From Botryllus schlosseri (taxonomy: Eukaryota): a stretch of DNA of 64,000 nucleotides. This document shows positions 38,588 to 51,743 of the stretch, in pieces; positions within the stretch are counted from its first letter, which is position 1; each line of letters opens with the position of its first letter. The notes under the pieces were generated by a model. That model was given only the letters and a program-made list of their open reading frames with translations. It was not told the origin of the DNA and did no database searches. The stretch spans positions 1,860,001 through 1,924,000 of the forward strand of contig CM119384.1 of assembly GCA_051294905.1 (NCBI GenBank), given 5' to 3'. The position numbers were made by a program, and so were the translations under genes.

Positions 38588-41500
38588 TCCAATATATTTA
38601 CTAGGTAGTAATGCTAAACAAAATTTGGAACATTGAACTCCAAGATCGCTTGATGATCGCAATTCGCAGGTATAAGTTACAGTGTATGTTTCCATTTCAG
38701 GATACCCCCTCGCTGTAAAGTAGGCTAGATTCCACAGATTACCTCTCACACAGTTGATATCTTTGGCAGAATACACACTGCGGTTATCCGCATAGATACA
38801 ATCTATAGTGGCTGTCGAATCAAAGTAACGTACGTCCATTTTTCAAATTTTGAGATCCATCTTTCAAACTTATACAAAATCGAGTTTCTGTGAAAATTTT
38901 CATTTTTTTCGGCCATATTTATGTTTATCACATTGTTTCAAAGTTAAACATGGCCAAAATAGTGTGAAAGGAAATGAAAACTTAACATGAAGTTAAATTT
39001 CTCAAAATGTGTAAAATGGACATACCAGTAAGCTACTTTGATTCCACAGTGACTATATATCACACACGTGGGTTAAGTTATTAACACACAGAATAGAAGC
39101 AGAATAGTCCTACCGGTAAATTTATTTCCATAATTTACCACAATACCGCACTGTTAACATTATTCGCTACCCAATGATCACATTTAAGATTATTAAAGTT
39201 GGTATGATTAACCTTGCAAATTGATGGATATCATGCAGATTTTTGTTATAAGTAACCATAAATTCGAAGACAAATGAGTAACACGCACTCTACAAGATTA
39301 AACCTGATGGCAATGAAAAGCAATGGAATCAAAAAATTCAAGAAATGGACTTTGTAGCCTGGAAACATGTCATCGGAATTCTTTCCTTAACTTGTCAGAA
39401 CACGTCATGCATCCTATGTTACGTACTGCGTGATAGAACGTGACGAGTTGAAAATGCCTTTGCATGCATTGATTATTTTTCCAATATATATCTGTGTTGG
39501 TCATATCTTAGAAATATGAATCTGCAAATAAATCCAGATTCTAATATCTATGAAATGATGAATAGCCTACATATTTTAAGAATTTAAAGATTGACAATTT
39601 CTCCTCTAGTACAAATGCCACTCTGAACCAGTTTCAAGTTTTTTATTATTTTCCATTACAAAATATGATATTTTAATCGCGAATTTCCGAAAGTACCCAG
39701 GTCACAATGGGCAAATTACTTGAAAAATCCATTACGACCTAGTCGAATATAGTCCAGCCCTCCATCAATAGACTGACAGTAAAAATATTAATACCTACCA
39801 GTACCAGAAGTAGACTGTCTTTCACAATGACTAAATGCATGCGCTTGGTAGTTTTATAGAAGAGTTTTGTTCAATAAATAGTGAAAAACCGAAAGATTAT
39901 TTCCATACAAGTTACGCACAATCCACAACTCCCTAATCAAACAAAGCAAGTTGCTCCGCACCCACAATTAGTAAGAATAACATGAACTAGTTTCTTCCGA
40001 CCACAAAATTTCAAGCGTCAAATCCTACAGATAAGCACTTTCACTCACTTTGATGTTATCCACGATTATTAACATGCATGCTAAATATTTGCTCAAAGAC
40101 GATAAAAATCAGAGCTACAAATCAACCAGGTCTGGCGCCAAGGCCAAACCGCGTCAGTTTTAACCCATAAAATCTATTTCCATATCTCGCAATTGCTGTG
40201 ACATCAACAATATAGTTTCGACAACCCTTGCCATGACACGAAACCAAAATTCGAAACGAGAATTTCTTTACAAGAATCAATATTTGATGACGATCAGCTG
40301 TTAAACAATGCAAATAAGACTCGACCATTTAAGATAAGGAGAGAGACACATTATTTAGGCTTCTCCTTATCTCAATACAGGAATATTTCATTGAACAGTA
40401 GGCCTATAATCATATTGAAAAGAATCCGAAAATTTTCGGCTGACACTCGTAAGGGGTAGGCTAATTGTCAGCGACTAGTAGAGAATTGGAAAGAAGATTG
40501 TACAACAACAATTGCATCACAAAATATGACCATGAACGATACAAAAATATTCGGGTTTATTTCAATGTCATTCTACTATCAATTGTATAGCCTATTGAAG
40601 TTCTATACCTCCAAGAAGATCTTTGAACCTTTAATTAAAAAAAAAAACATTCAACTTAACCCAGCTGGAATCTTGACTGCCAATATAAATTCTCTCTCTC
40701 ACACTTTCAACATGACCGTGTAATCAGAAAATTGTGCACAAATAACAAGTACTACCTACAAGCTACCACGCACAAGTGTACCATAAATCATCAAACAAGC
40801 CATATAACATAACTAACATCTTAAGGTTATTTATCGAGTAAACACCACAAATAATTTTCCCTCTCGACTCACTTCCTGTGAGTTATATCATAGACACCTT
40901 GTCATAAATGTTCAACGTCCAACACTCAGTCATAATTGTGAGACATAACATATCAACTACATTATAAAATAATATATCACACCACAAGTGTGCAGTCAAT
41001 ATGGTAGTGAAATTTTCAAAAGCGGATTACCTATCAACCATTTTCATTTCATCAGACCCAAAAAATGCAGGCATATTTACAGAAATCGATACGAAGTAAC
41101 TGAAATTCCAGGGAAATTGAAATGATCTTAAAACGTGTTTCTATAATTCTTGTAAACCTTCAAGTCAATACTGTAATGCAATTATACTAGCAATACTACA
41201 GCAGGCACCAACAGTCAATGTGCTATTACAACAATTTCTGGAAATATTTTTATTCGTATATGAAATGGAATGTTTAATTATGTCTATCTCAATCACATGC
41301 ATCATAAGAAGGCAACCAAACCAATTTTTATACGCAGTGACTTTAGGAAACAACACAGAATGGAAAATAATCAAAATAAACAGGTAAAATATTACTTACA
41401 TCATTCCAATGCAGTGTAGACAGTGAAAAAACAAGACTGTTCATTATTTCGGGGAAGAAAAACATCTGAAAGTGAATTATTTCATGTTATATAAGTTGGG

Positions 41501-42733
41501 TTCATGTCCTATGATACCTAAATAAGATACTGTTTATCACTGTACTTATCAATTACTGGCAGTTACTGGAAAGATTAACAATATGCAACAAGCTGGAGTT
41601 ATAAAAGAGGCCAGTGATTAGCAAAAGTGCTAAAATATTTGCTGTGCTGATATATTCTAATATATTCAGTGTTAAACTCATATTATTATTTGTAGTTTCT
41701 TGAATACCAAATATAATTATCACACAAGTCTCATTAGAGCACTAGAGCAGTGGCAAACATCTTAGTAATCACTGACTTCGTGACTTGTGATCTCTATAAA
41801 TTAAACAGCTCACTAGTAACAGTAACGGCTTTAACAGGATCTGCTATTCCAAGTTTTGTTATGGTATTTTTTTTCAAATAATTGTATAGCATCATAAATT
41901 ATATCGAAATCAAAGAACAGAACATCCTTTCCAAGAACGAAACGGCCAAAAACATCGTTATTCAAGTTTACGATGTCTTTAATTCAACATTTCATCTCTA
42001 CTAAGCTGGCACATCTAATTTGAATTGAACAGACTTAAGAACAGAGAGTGTCCGACAATATGGCTAGAGATGAAGATAATACGCATGATAGTTCATGTAC
42101 TCCTCAAAACCAAACCATGATTCATTTCGAAACATCGAACTATTCCGATAATGGAAAGTGAACAGGATGCGGAATTTGGGCGAATGAACTGAAAAGTCGC
42201 ATTCATTGTGATACTTACTACGTTCGTGTACAGCCTTTTAATGAAAACATCAAATTACAAATCTGTGTACTCCACACTGAAGAGAATTTGAAGACATCTC
42301 AAGTCCGCAAGATGTTTACGCCGGTATTCAAGTATAAATAGCTATAATTCAAGTTGACCTACAATTTTGATTGACAACTCAACATAAACAACTACGAAGG
42401 TGGAATTGCTTGTACACGTAAGAAGTACATCGACGATATCAGCATGTGAGCTACATTTGAGTGAGCTGTATCCGCGATAATCTGCTGAGTCAATAATTTG
42501 GCGTGGGCATTCTGGGCAACATCACCTGTTTCGATATTTTTACTAATGTCATGATCGATCCAAAACATCACAAGATTGCGATAAACGATCGATAGGATGG
42601 TGCCGTAGGTGAAATAGGAAGGTCTATCGATCTCGCTTCCCATGACAAGCCGCCCGATTTCTTGTAGTTTTTTTCTGTACTATCTTCTTTACTTTCATTC
42701 AGTGTGCATGCCTCCTCTTTACATCGCCTAGGC

Positions 42734-43905
42734 CAGTGGTTCCCAACCGGGGGGGAATTCCCCCCTTGGGGGGTAATTTTGAAATTTTTAGGGGGGAATC
42801 TGGCTTTGGCGTTGCATCGGAAGATACACAGGTTTCACAGTGTGTGACGAAATAGCGCAGTGTTAAACTCCACAATTGCAACACCAATGGGTTCTGGGTT
42901 CGAGTCCGACCGAGGTCGACTCCAGAATTCCTACCCAAAAAGTGTTGGGGGTTTATCTAGGCACCTCCTTGCCATCTCATCCGTGTAAGCGGTGTCTTAT
43001 AAAAGCCTAGAAGTGGTCCATGCTATAAGTCGGCCGCTACGGAATATAAAAAAATGCAGGAAATTGGGCTGGTGTAAATGACCATAGTAGTCAACACACA
43101 CCATGAACACCTCAAAACAAACCAACTGGGTTCACAAGATTTTTACATTTTTATGGTAGAACTGTTATGTTGAAACTAATTCTTTACAAGTGTATGTTTC
43201 TTTGGCGGATTTCCAGCTGGGTGTATGTTTAAATGCCTTCCGTAGATATATACACCCCCTGATATAATGAGGCTCGCGAGACGATTTCGTTGGGCCCGCG
43301 ACAGCCTCCCGACCAAATTGCTACTAAGCAGGAAAAAGTCAAGCCAAATTCAGCACAAGGGCGCTGGTGAAATTGTTTACCTTTTTAAGTCAACGTATGA
43401 GCTAATGTGAAAAACATATCAAATTCATCGATTCGACTCAAGGCCATAGCAAGCGGACTTAGTGATTTATGTTTCGTCAGCTGCTACCCGACCAGTAAAA
43501 TAACAGTTCAAGTTTAGCTGTACTTTTACCACAGTGTAGTGCAGTTCGCATTCGACGTAGTTCGGTCATATCTGAATATGATTGTCCAGTACATGCTCAC
43601 ATTGCTCAGTCAACAAGTGGCTGTGCGTTAAAAAGCACCTTTTTTATTCAGTCAGTCAGTCAGGTTTATTAATATTTTCATCGTTTCAAAACATCACAAG
43701 ACTGCGATACAATGAAAAGATAGGAGGGTGTCGAAACAACTTGGAGTAGCCATTAAGATCAGACACCCACCTTAGCCTAGGCGAAGTAAATAAGAGGCAT
43801 GCACACTGAATGAAAAGTAATGCAGAGAATATAAGATGCAGACAATAAATTCAGCTCAAATATCGGCCAAGGGGGCCACGAGACGAAAAAGGTTGGGAAC
43901 CACTG
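42734..43905. mobile_element. Non-autonomous hAT element (1172 bp) nested in a SINE-like copy
   Basis: TIR CAGTGGTTCCCAAC at both ends; TSD GCCTAGGC/GCGTAGGC (7/8). The flanks rejoin into the SINE-like repeat. Confidence 0.8.
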
Positions 43906-46044
43906 GCGTAGGCCATAGACTCCATAGACTACTCCAAGTCGCTTCGACATCTTCCTGTCTTTTCATTGTATCGCATTTTTTGTGGTGTATTGAACTGATC
44001 AAATTGCTAATAAACCAATGATGATGATGAGGTTGGCCCAGATGGGTAATGTGATTTCAAAGACTACTCCCAAACGTTTCGTCACCTCCTATCATTTAAT
44101 TGTATCGCAATCTTGTGGTGTTTTGAAATTATAAAATTATTACAAAACTGATACTGACTGACGTAAATACGTATATCATTTATCATTTAAATGGCATCAG
44201 TGAACTACATTTCGTCTGGGGGTTATATCTTATAATAGAATAGGGTTTTTAACCACATTTTGAGATCCGGAGAGGAGGACACTTTATAAAAACAACCAAG
44301 TTTAGGATTACCAATCTAGAAAAATTGCTGATTCTGAAATTTTGACAGTAAATCTTGTGTTGTCTCAAAAAAGGTAGTCTTTACGGCTTGACTTCCGAAT
44401 GACCCACTTTTGCTCAGGTGTTGACTAAAAAAAAGGTTATTTTCCAGTGCTACTGCCGAGTGACCCGCTTGAACATCCGCATTGTACATTTCATGTCTTT
44501 TATGGCGATTTTAGTCGTGTCTATCCAAGTATCCATTAGCCTGGCTGTCAAAGCTATAAATAAGGACGAATTCCAAAGAATGAGGGCATTTAGGCGTCCT
44601 CGGGGAACATTTTCGATTTCCCGAAAAAAAAGAGGACATTTCGTAACCCTATATTAGAAGCTCCGAGAATATTGGACTCTTATCTGGGTCAAGCTTTGTC
44701 CGGACTTCGTAATGACCAATCTAATTTAGTTGGTAAAAGTAGCTCCTCGATATACACAGTTGCCGATTTGAATAAGCCAACGCAGTTTAGCACAGCGGCC
44801 AAGGTTCAACATCGAAAAAGAACAGTGACATCGTACACTTGGTAGAGGTGGATGCAAATTAACCGCAACTGGTCGTTCGATCGGCATATATCCTCCTATC
44901 TGTTCATCAATTCACATCGTATTGTCTCTTATCGCATTTGTACATTATTGTGTATGTCTTGATCATATGAAAATATATTCTATTGAATATTATTATTATT
45001 GATTGATTTCCCATCTTTACTCACTAGAAATAACATCATATATTTCTACTCAAGAGTAGCGATTTTCAGGACTACTTTAGGTGGAAGTAGAAACTAGAAA
45101 CTTAAGGTCTGAAAAGTACTTAATTAAGTTGGTAGAAGTGTCGCGTAAACTACTTTTAGCAGTTTATCGAAGATGAATACTTCAGGAATCGCAAAGTGCA
45201 TGACAGTATACAAATAAGTGCAATCTTACCCCATAAAAGCGATGCAAACTTATGACATAACTTGGTTACTTATTTCAAAACTGAGAAAAGTAATAATATG
45301 TAGCTTCGTGGCGACATGGGAAGAACGGCACAACGTTTACTTTTTCTTTTTTTCTAACTTATAATATTTTTTACAGCCAGACTGTATAGAGTCAAATGTA
45401 CCTGTTCGATGCGGGTGTGATCAGACTAGTTGACCCTCAACGTCGTATCGATCATTCCTAGCTAATACCGAATACTGTGCATATATATTTTCTGTACCAC
45501 TAACATTGCCGTCTGTTGTTATGTATTCTGGTTGGATGAAAATAAAGACTCTCTCCGTCTCTTTTTCTAGTAGTCCTACTCAACATATTTTAGGGTTACC
45601 ATATGTCCTCTTTTTTCAATTGAAATTGTCCTTGGACGCCTAAATGTCCTCTTTTTGGGGAATTTGACCTCTTTCTCTAGAAAAACTTGTTACTTTTCGT
45701 TTCAAATTTTGTCAAGTAGAAAATAGTTCCTTTGTGGGTTTGCATCACTGTATGAGTGGAATTGTCATCATCATCATCATCATTGGTATATTAGCAATTT
45801 TTATCAGTTCAATACACCACAAAAATGCGATACAATGAAAAGACAGGAAGGTGTCGAAGCGACTTGGAGTAGTCTATGGAATCAGACATCTACCTTGACC
45901 TAGGCGATGTAAAGAGGAGGCATGTACATTGAACGAAAAGTAAATAAGATGGTATAGAAAAAAGAAAGCGACAAGAAATGGGGCGGCATGTCATGGAAAG
46001 CGAGATCGATAGGTCAGTCGTGGTCCGGTAATCTTGAGGATGGG

Positions 46045-46175
46045 TTAGTATTTATTTAGTGGTAATTCCTTGTATTTCGACTTGAATGTGAACATGCTCG
46101 TCGACTGGATACTGTTCCACACATCAGGTCCGGCATATTTGATAGAGCGATGATCTTTGGACGACGTGGACGCGC
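46045..46175 (-). mobile_element. CR1/L2-type LINE ORF2 C-terminal remnant
   Basis: Translates ...SKDHRSIKYAGPDVWNSIQSTSMFTFKSKYKELPLNKY*, matching the S..Y.GP..WN....S...FK.K.K pattern at the end of CR1/L2 ORF2. Confidence 0.6.
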
Positions 46176-47241
46176 GTCATAAATACCAGACGATGTGCAA
46201 TAGGACATTTTCAACTATTTCAGCAGGGATATAGAGTTCTATATATCGTGGAACTAAAATAAGATAGTGTTACTCAACTCTGCCTGGCCTCTAGCATGGA
46301 CAACAAAAAACGGGGATGCAGACTTACGGTCGAACGGCAGCTCCGTCGTCAAAAGCATCTCGATGGTGCAGGCGAAAACGAATATTACCTTGTTCTCTCT
46401 CTACGCACAGACGTAGGCTACATTGTAATGCAACCTGCCAATTTCCTGATTTCATACACATGCCCAGCCCATAAGAATGAACTTTATTGAACATAAGTTA
46501 GTAATCACAAAAAATATCAATCTGTCATCATTGCAGGTTTACAGCCATCAACTTTTAGTAGCGCGTTTCTAAGAACTGTTCTCTGATCAATGTCGCATTA
46601 GAATTTTGAGGCTGGCAGAACATTTTTAAGGAACAGAACTGAACTGTCCTTTGTATCGTAATACAGAATGAGTTCATTCAAAATATCATGATCCAGCGAC
46701 GACAAACGGTGAAATTAAGCAGCATTGACCTAAAAGATATATAGAATACACTGCATTTACGTGAGTGGAATATCACTCACAATTTACATGGAGATATACT
46801 GTGGCAGAGAATGAATTTGAAAAGTCTCTTAGAGGAACAACACTCCCATACACAATTGAACGATATAAACTACCGTTTCATTTCAATATGAATTATTACT
46901 CAATTGTATATAGAATGAATTACAAATGCCCACATACATACAGTAATTTGGATCTACAGCGATTCTGATCACAAATATATAACAATGTGACTGAACTGTA
47001 TACATTTTGTCGCTGTGGAATCAAAGTAGTTTGGTTGTGTCCATTTTACACATTTCGAGAAAATTAACTTCAAATTATTATGCATAGAAAATCACGTTTT
47101 TGTGAAATTTTCATTTTTTTTTTGGCCCTAATTGGCTTTTGAAACAATATGATAAGCGTAAACAAATTTTTTATGAATTTGAAAATTTAATATCAAAATT
47201 TGAAAAATGGACATAAGCTACTTTGACTATATATAGAAACA

Positions 47242-49428
47242 CTATATTTTATTTCTCATTACTTTCCTCAGCTGATATCTCATTTCCCCGGCTCTGAATC
47301 TATCCTGTTCCGCCTGCGTCTTTGTTATTAACGGGGTAATAGGGAGAGACTTGTAATTCTTATCTAAGGACACAAACGTGAAAAAAGCACTACACGCCCG
47401 AAACCACTGCACGTCGGGCTGTCCTTCTATAAGACGCACACGCTCCACATCTACAACCACTTCAATTTCGATGGATTTACGACTAGTGAAAATCGGACGC
47501 GATTTCAGATGCATGACGCAGCCTTTCGAAATGGGCTTGTGAAAATTTGTGGCGTCCATTGATGCCGTCACTACGTTTGTGCGGCAATGCCGTGCGGCAC
47601 ATATTCCAGCCGCCTCGTCCATCATTTTCATTGTAACTCCGCCCGCGACTTTGCCATGTACGCCGCAATCTCCAACGTTAACTAGATGTATCAAAGATGA
47701 CTGCGCGTGCGCTACAGTACCAAGTTGAGCTTCACCAGGTTGTACATTCGGTAACGTGAAATCGGAATGTAAATCAACATCATTTACTGATGCTCTCTCA
47801 TTTTTCTGCTTTTCGTAACGAAGAATACCAGCTTGTTTTGTAGCATCACTTTGATACTGTAATTCCGGTACGGACGTATGTACAGTGCCATCGTCAAGAA
47901 TTGGGACGTACCACAATGTAGCCTTGTTTGTTAAACGTTTCTTGCCAGTGAGAACGTTCTCTCCCCATACAGTCATCTGTACTTCTAATGATCTTGGAGA
48001 TGTAAATGTAATCTCGCCGTGAAGATGCGCAACTTCACCGACGAACATCGGTAAACAAAAATCAGTTCTCTCTACTCTCGCTAACACGCAAAGAACGTTT
48101 GGATCTGTAGGATCTTTGTTCGCGTTGCAGAATCTAGTAGACGCGATCATCCCGGCTTCTTCAATCATTTTTAAAATAGTGCCTCCGTGCACATTCCCAG
48201 CTATATTTGCGTCACCAGGTTGCATTACTCGGCATACAGTAACCGGTATTGGAATGTGCGGTATTCCTGGACTTCTTGAAGATGAGGCCATTGTACAGTG
48301 CGAGTAATCTGACAATAACAAAAAAAAGTTGATGTCACTGTTAATAACTTGATAATTTCAAATCACCACAAGACTGCGATACAATGAAAAGATAGGAAGG
48401 TGTCAAAACGACCCATGGAGAATTCAATGAAAGTGCGTATTTCTGGAGTCGTGTGGGAAAATGTCCTACTCGGAATAAATTTACCAATTTTTCAGGATTT
48501 TACTCTGGTACTGTAAGTCTTAAAATTTTGAAAAAGTGTCCTCTTTTCAGATTCTCAAAATATGGTAACCCTACACTATGTTGAACTTGAGCAAGCATGA
48601 TATGTTTCTGATAAAGAAAGAAATTTCAGCTACATCACAGTCTTATCTGAATGTTAATTGTAACATAACTGTAAACTGGTGTACTTTGGATTCTTTTATG
48701 CAAAATTTGGAAAAAAAATAATAATGCGTACTATTAAAAATGTTACACAATTCAATGAATTCATGAGGCCATAAATATTCAAGTAGTTAGTAGGCTACCC
48801 ATCCCGGCTGTTTGATAATGAAAGACAAACTTTCCCACATAACAGCTGTGTCTATAGATTAAGGGTGTGTATAAAAAAAATTCATTAGATTTTATTATAT
48901 TGTACAAAACATCACAAAAACTTATGGAATCACAAAGCAAACACATGGAAGTTAATTTGAAACATGGCTTTTTCATATTATCACACAATTTCAGACAATG
49001 TAGCCATGTCGGCGTCGGCGACACAGCGTTGACACTGTCTCATCTCATTCGATCAAAGTATCATGTTTTTGATGCAGTTGATTGCATATGCCAGGAATTG
49101 GTAACCTCTGACATGCGTGATTTCTCAAATGAGTGAATGACTAGACACACGGTAGGCTATATCTCGCCCCTTTCAAAACAACAAGCACTTTAAAATATGA
49201 AACATTAATTGTGGCAAAGGCACCTCGATTATACCACCACATTCATAGCCACCGCCACCGATAAAACGTGAAAAGAGACTTACCTACAGTATAGAAACAC
49301 TTCGCAGTCGCTCTTGCTGTTACCTCCTTAGCTGCAACCCTCCTGCTAATAACCAATTCAGCCTTACTACTAGCGATACATGCACGCAAAACGCTCCTGC
49401 CGCTGGCATAAACTCGAATCGCGTTCAT
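47242..49428 (-). CDS. ACOT7: Acyl-CoA thioesterase 7 (double hot-dog fold); exon 1 49428-49284, exon 2 48308-47242; 403 aa
   Basis: DANIAGNVHGGTILKMIEEAG and GGVTMKMMDEAAG (catalytic Asn/Asp motifs) are present. Exon 1 ends TV G|gtaagt (phase 1) and joins ttgtcag|AT in frame. An internal ATG at 48291 (MASSS) could give a short isoform. Confidence 0.93.
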
Positions 49429-51743
49429 GATCAGTGATCACGACTTGACGAATAGATTCATTCCACACTGTTTACAAACGTATGCTTCTAGAACGCGTGA
49501 TCGCATCGACAATGTAAATAACGAATGTTACCGTGATCTGTCATGTTTCATTACCCAACGTAGTTCATTGAACTATGATATCATTATAACATGTGGCTGA
49601 GATGACAACATGAGTTGAAACGAGGCGAGATATGGATAGGCGTCTGCCTGCGCCTCCCAAAATTTTCGAAGCGTACGTTGTGATGCCCCAGATGAGAGCT
49701 TCGACTCAGAAATATTATCCTCATTATCTTTATTCCAATGCTAATCTAGTTTATTATTAGGTTCCGTTCCGAAAATCGTCTATTTGTGACGCCATATGTT
49801 TGCTCTATGTCACAATCGATCTGTTATGTATTATAAAAAAATCGATCGACCCCTAATTTTCGGTACAGTACAATGCGATCTGCGGGCTTATTATTGTTAT
49901 CCGCTCAGTGCACATGTACAATGAAATTACCAATGAAGAACGGGCTTATATCCGACTACAACCTGCTCTCTGCATAAGCATTCTCTTTAAAAGGTGAAAA
50001 CTTTCAAATACCTTGGGTGTCAATGTCAATATCGCCCCCGCGAATAGCATTGTATAAATACTAGTCGGCCCTCAATTCTACCGGACCACGGCCTGACATT
50101 GATCTCGCCTTCATCACATGTCATGTCATTTTGTCGCTTTGTATTTTCGTCTTATCTTGTTTTACCCTTCGTTCAGTGTGCAAGTGGACGCCTGATCGCG
50201 CTCTCTACATCGCCTATGCCCAGGTGGGTGTTTGATTTCAACGACTATTCTCTAAGTGGTTTCGACACCTAAATTGCTGTCTTTTCATTGTATCCCAGTC
50301 TTGTGGATATTTGAAATGATGGAATTATTATTAAACTAATACTGGTGTATATGATCTATTATCCTATCTTAATTCAAAGAACCGTCCTGGATGTCTACTA
50401 CCGGCGTTCCACCATAATTATAGGTATGAGTTGAGTGCGTCTCTTAGCTTCCACGCTACCCCGGTTGTTCCGTGGAACACCAGTTAAACCACTGCTCTAG
50501 TACCAACCAGTGCTGGGATCAAGTCACTACCTTCGAGTCACAAGTCATTTTCGTCGCCTATCTTCGTTAACTCTTCAATCAGTGTGCTGTGCGTGCATGA
50601 TTCCTTTTTACATTACCTAGGCTAGGTGAGTGTCCGATTTCGTAGACTAATCCCAAGTCGTTTCGACACCTTCCTATCGTTCATTGTATCGCAGTCTTGT
50701 GGTATATTGAATTATGATCAAATTGTTAAATTTCAAACATCAACTGGGCTCCGGTCGTGGCTTATTTTCTAAACGCGTTGCATTGCATTGCAGGCATTCT
50801 CAGATTCAGAGCAAGTTGAACAAGGTTATATTGACCTATAATGCCATGCGTTGACGAAACCAGAGCCCAACGGTATAGTTTTGCGGTATGTATATCGCAC
50901 CTAGAACTTTACACTGTCTCGAACGTGGAGTTCATCCTGGATCCTGACGTTTCTCAACTTGGCCAAAAAATGCTGAATATGTGATAACATAGAACTCGGC
51001 AATTGAGTGGAGCTGTTCTCTAGTACTAACCGGCGATCATATTTAAGTGAGTGTGTGAATAATAGATTGAATGCTCTAACTGCGATCTCCTATTGTGTCT
51101 AGCAACGTTCTGCAATGACGGACGCAATGAACAAGGAATTATGAAATAAAATGGACAATGAACAGGAGACGGTTCACCTTGTTTGTACAAACACACATTC
51201 ATCAACATATCAGTACAGTCTGCTGCTTTTTTAAACGTGATCAACAGATAAAATACCATTTCCGACATGATGGCTATTGGTCACTTATAAGCTGTTACAT
51301 ATTTCAAGGAGGAACTTAACCCTAACTTAACGCATAGAGCCATAGCAGTGAAAAAGTTGGCGCTTACAATCGTATATTTCACCAAAAATACTCCGGGACC
51401 AATAAAAAGCACGAAAGACGCTGCAAATATTTCGATAATCAACTATTCCATAACATGAAATAGCTACCGTACCTACACTCAATATATGAAAATCCCATGC
51501 TAAAAAAAGTTTCGGCTATCAGGGAGTCAAGTTACGAAGTTGCAATGATGGAAAATACAGACACGAATCACTGCTCGGTGCATTAGTAAACTTGAACTGG
51601 TGTTTTATACATGAAGTTTGGGGTGTTTCCGTTTACAGATAAAATTTCCTATCAGTCGTCTCAGGAGGTTCGGTTATACACTGGAAAATCCTAATGCATC
51701 AACGAAAGTATCATACAAAACCAGGGACAAACATCTACATCAG

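Noticed and set aside
40873-40875. 3-nt microexon pattern cacag|GAA|gtgagt (minus strand)
   Set aside because: Easily arises by chance, and there is no supporting exon chain.
46328-46400. Exon-like segment with a good donor (minus strand)
   Set aside because: No recognisable homology or partner exon, and it lies next to a LINE remnant. Could be a UTR exon but is unsupported.
51026-51268. 80-aa minus-strand ORF between ZMPSTE24 and ACOT7
   Set aside because: No homology signal or splice support.
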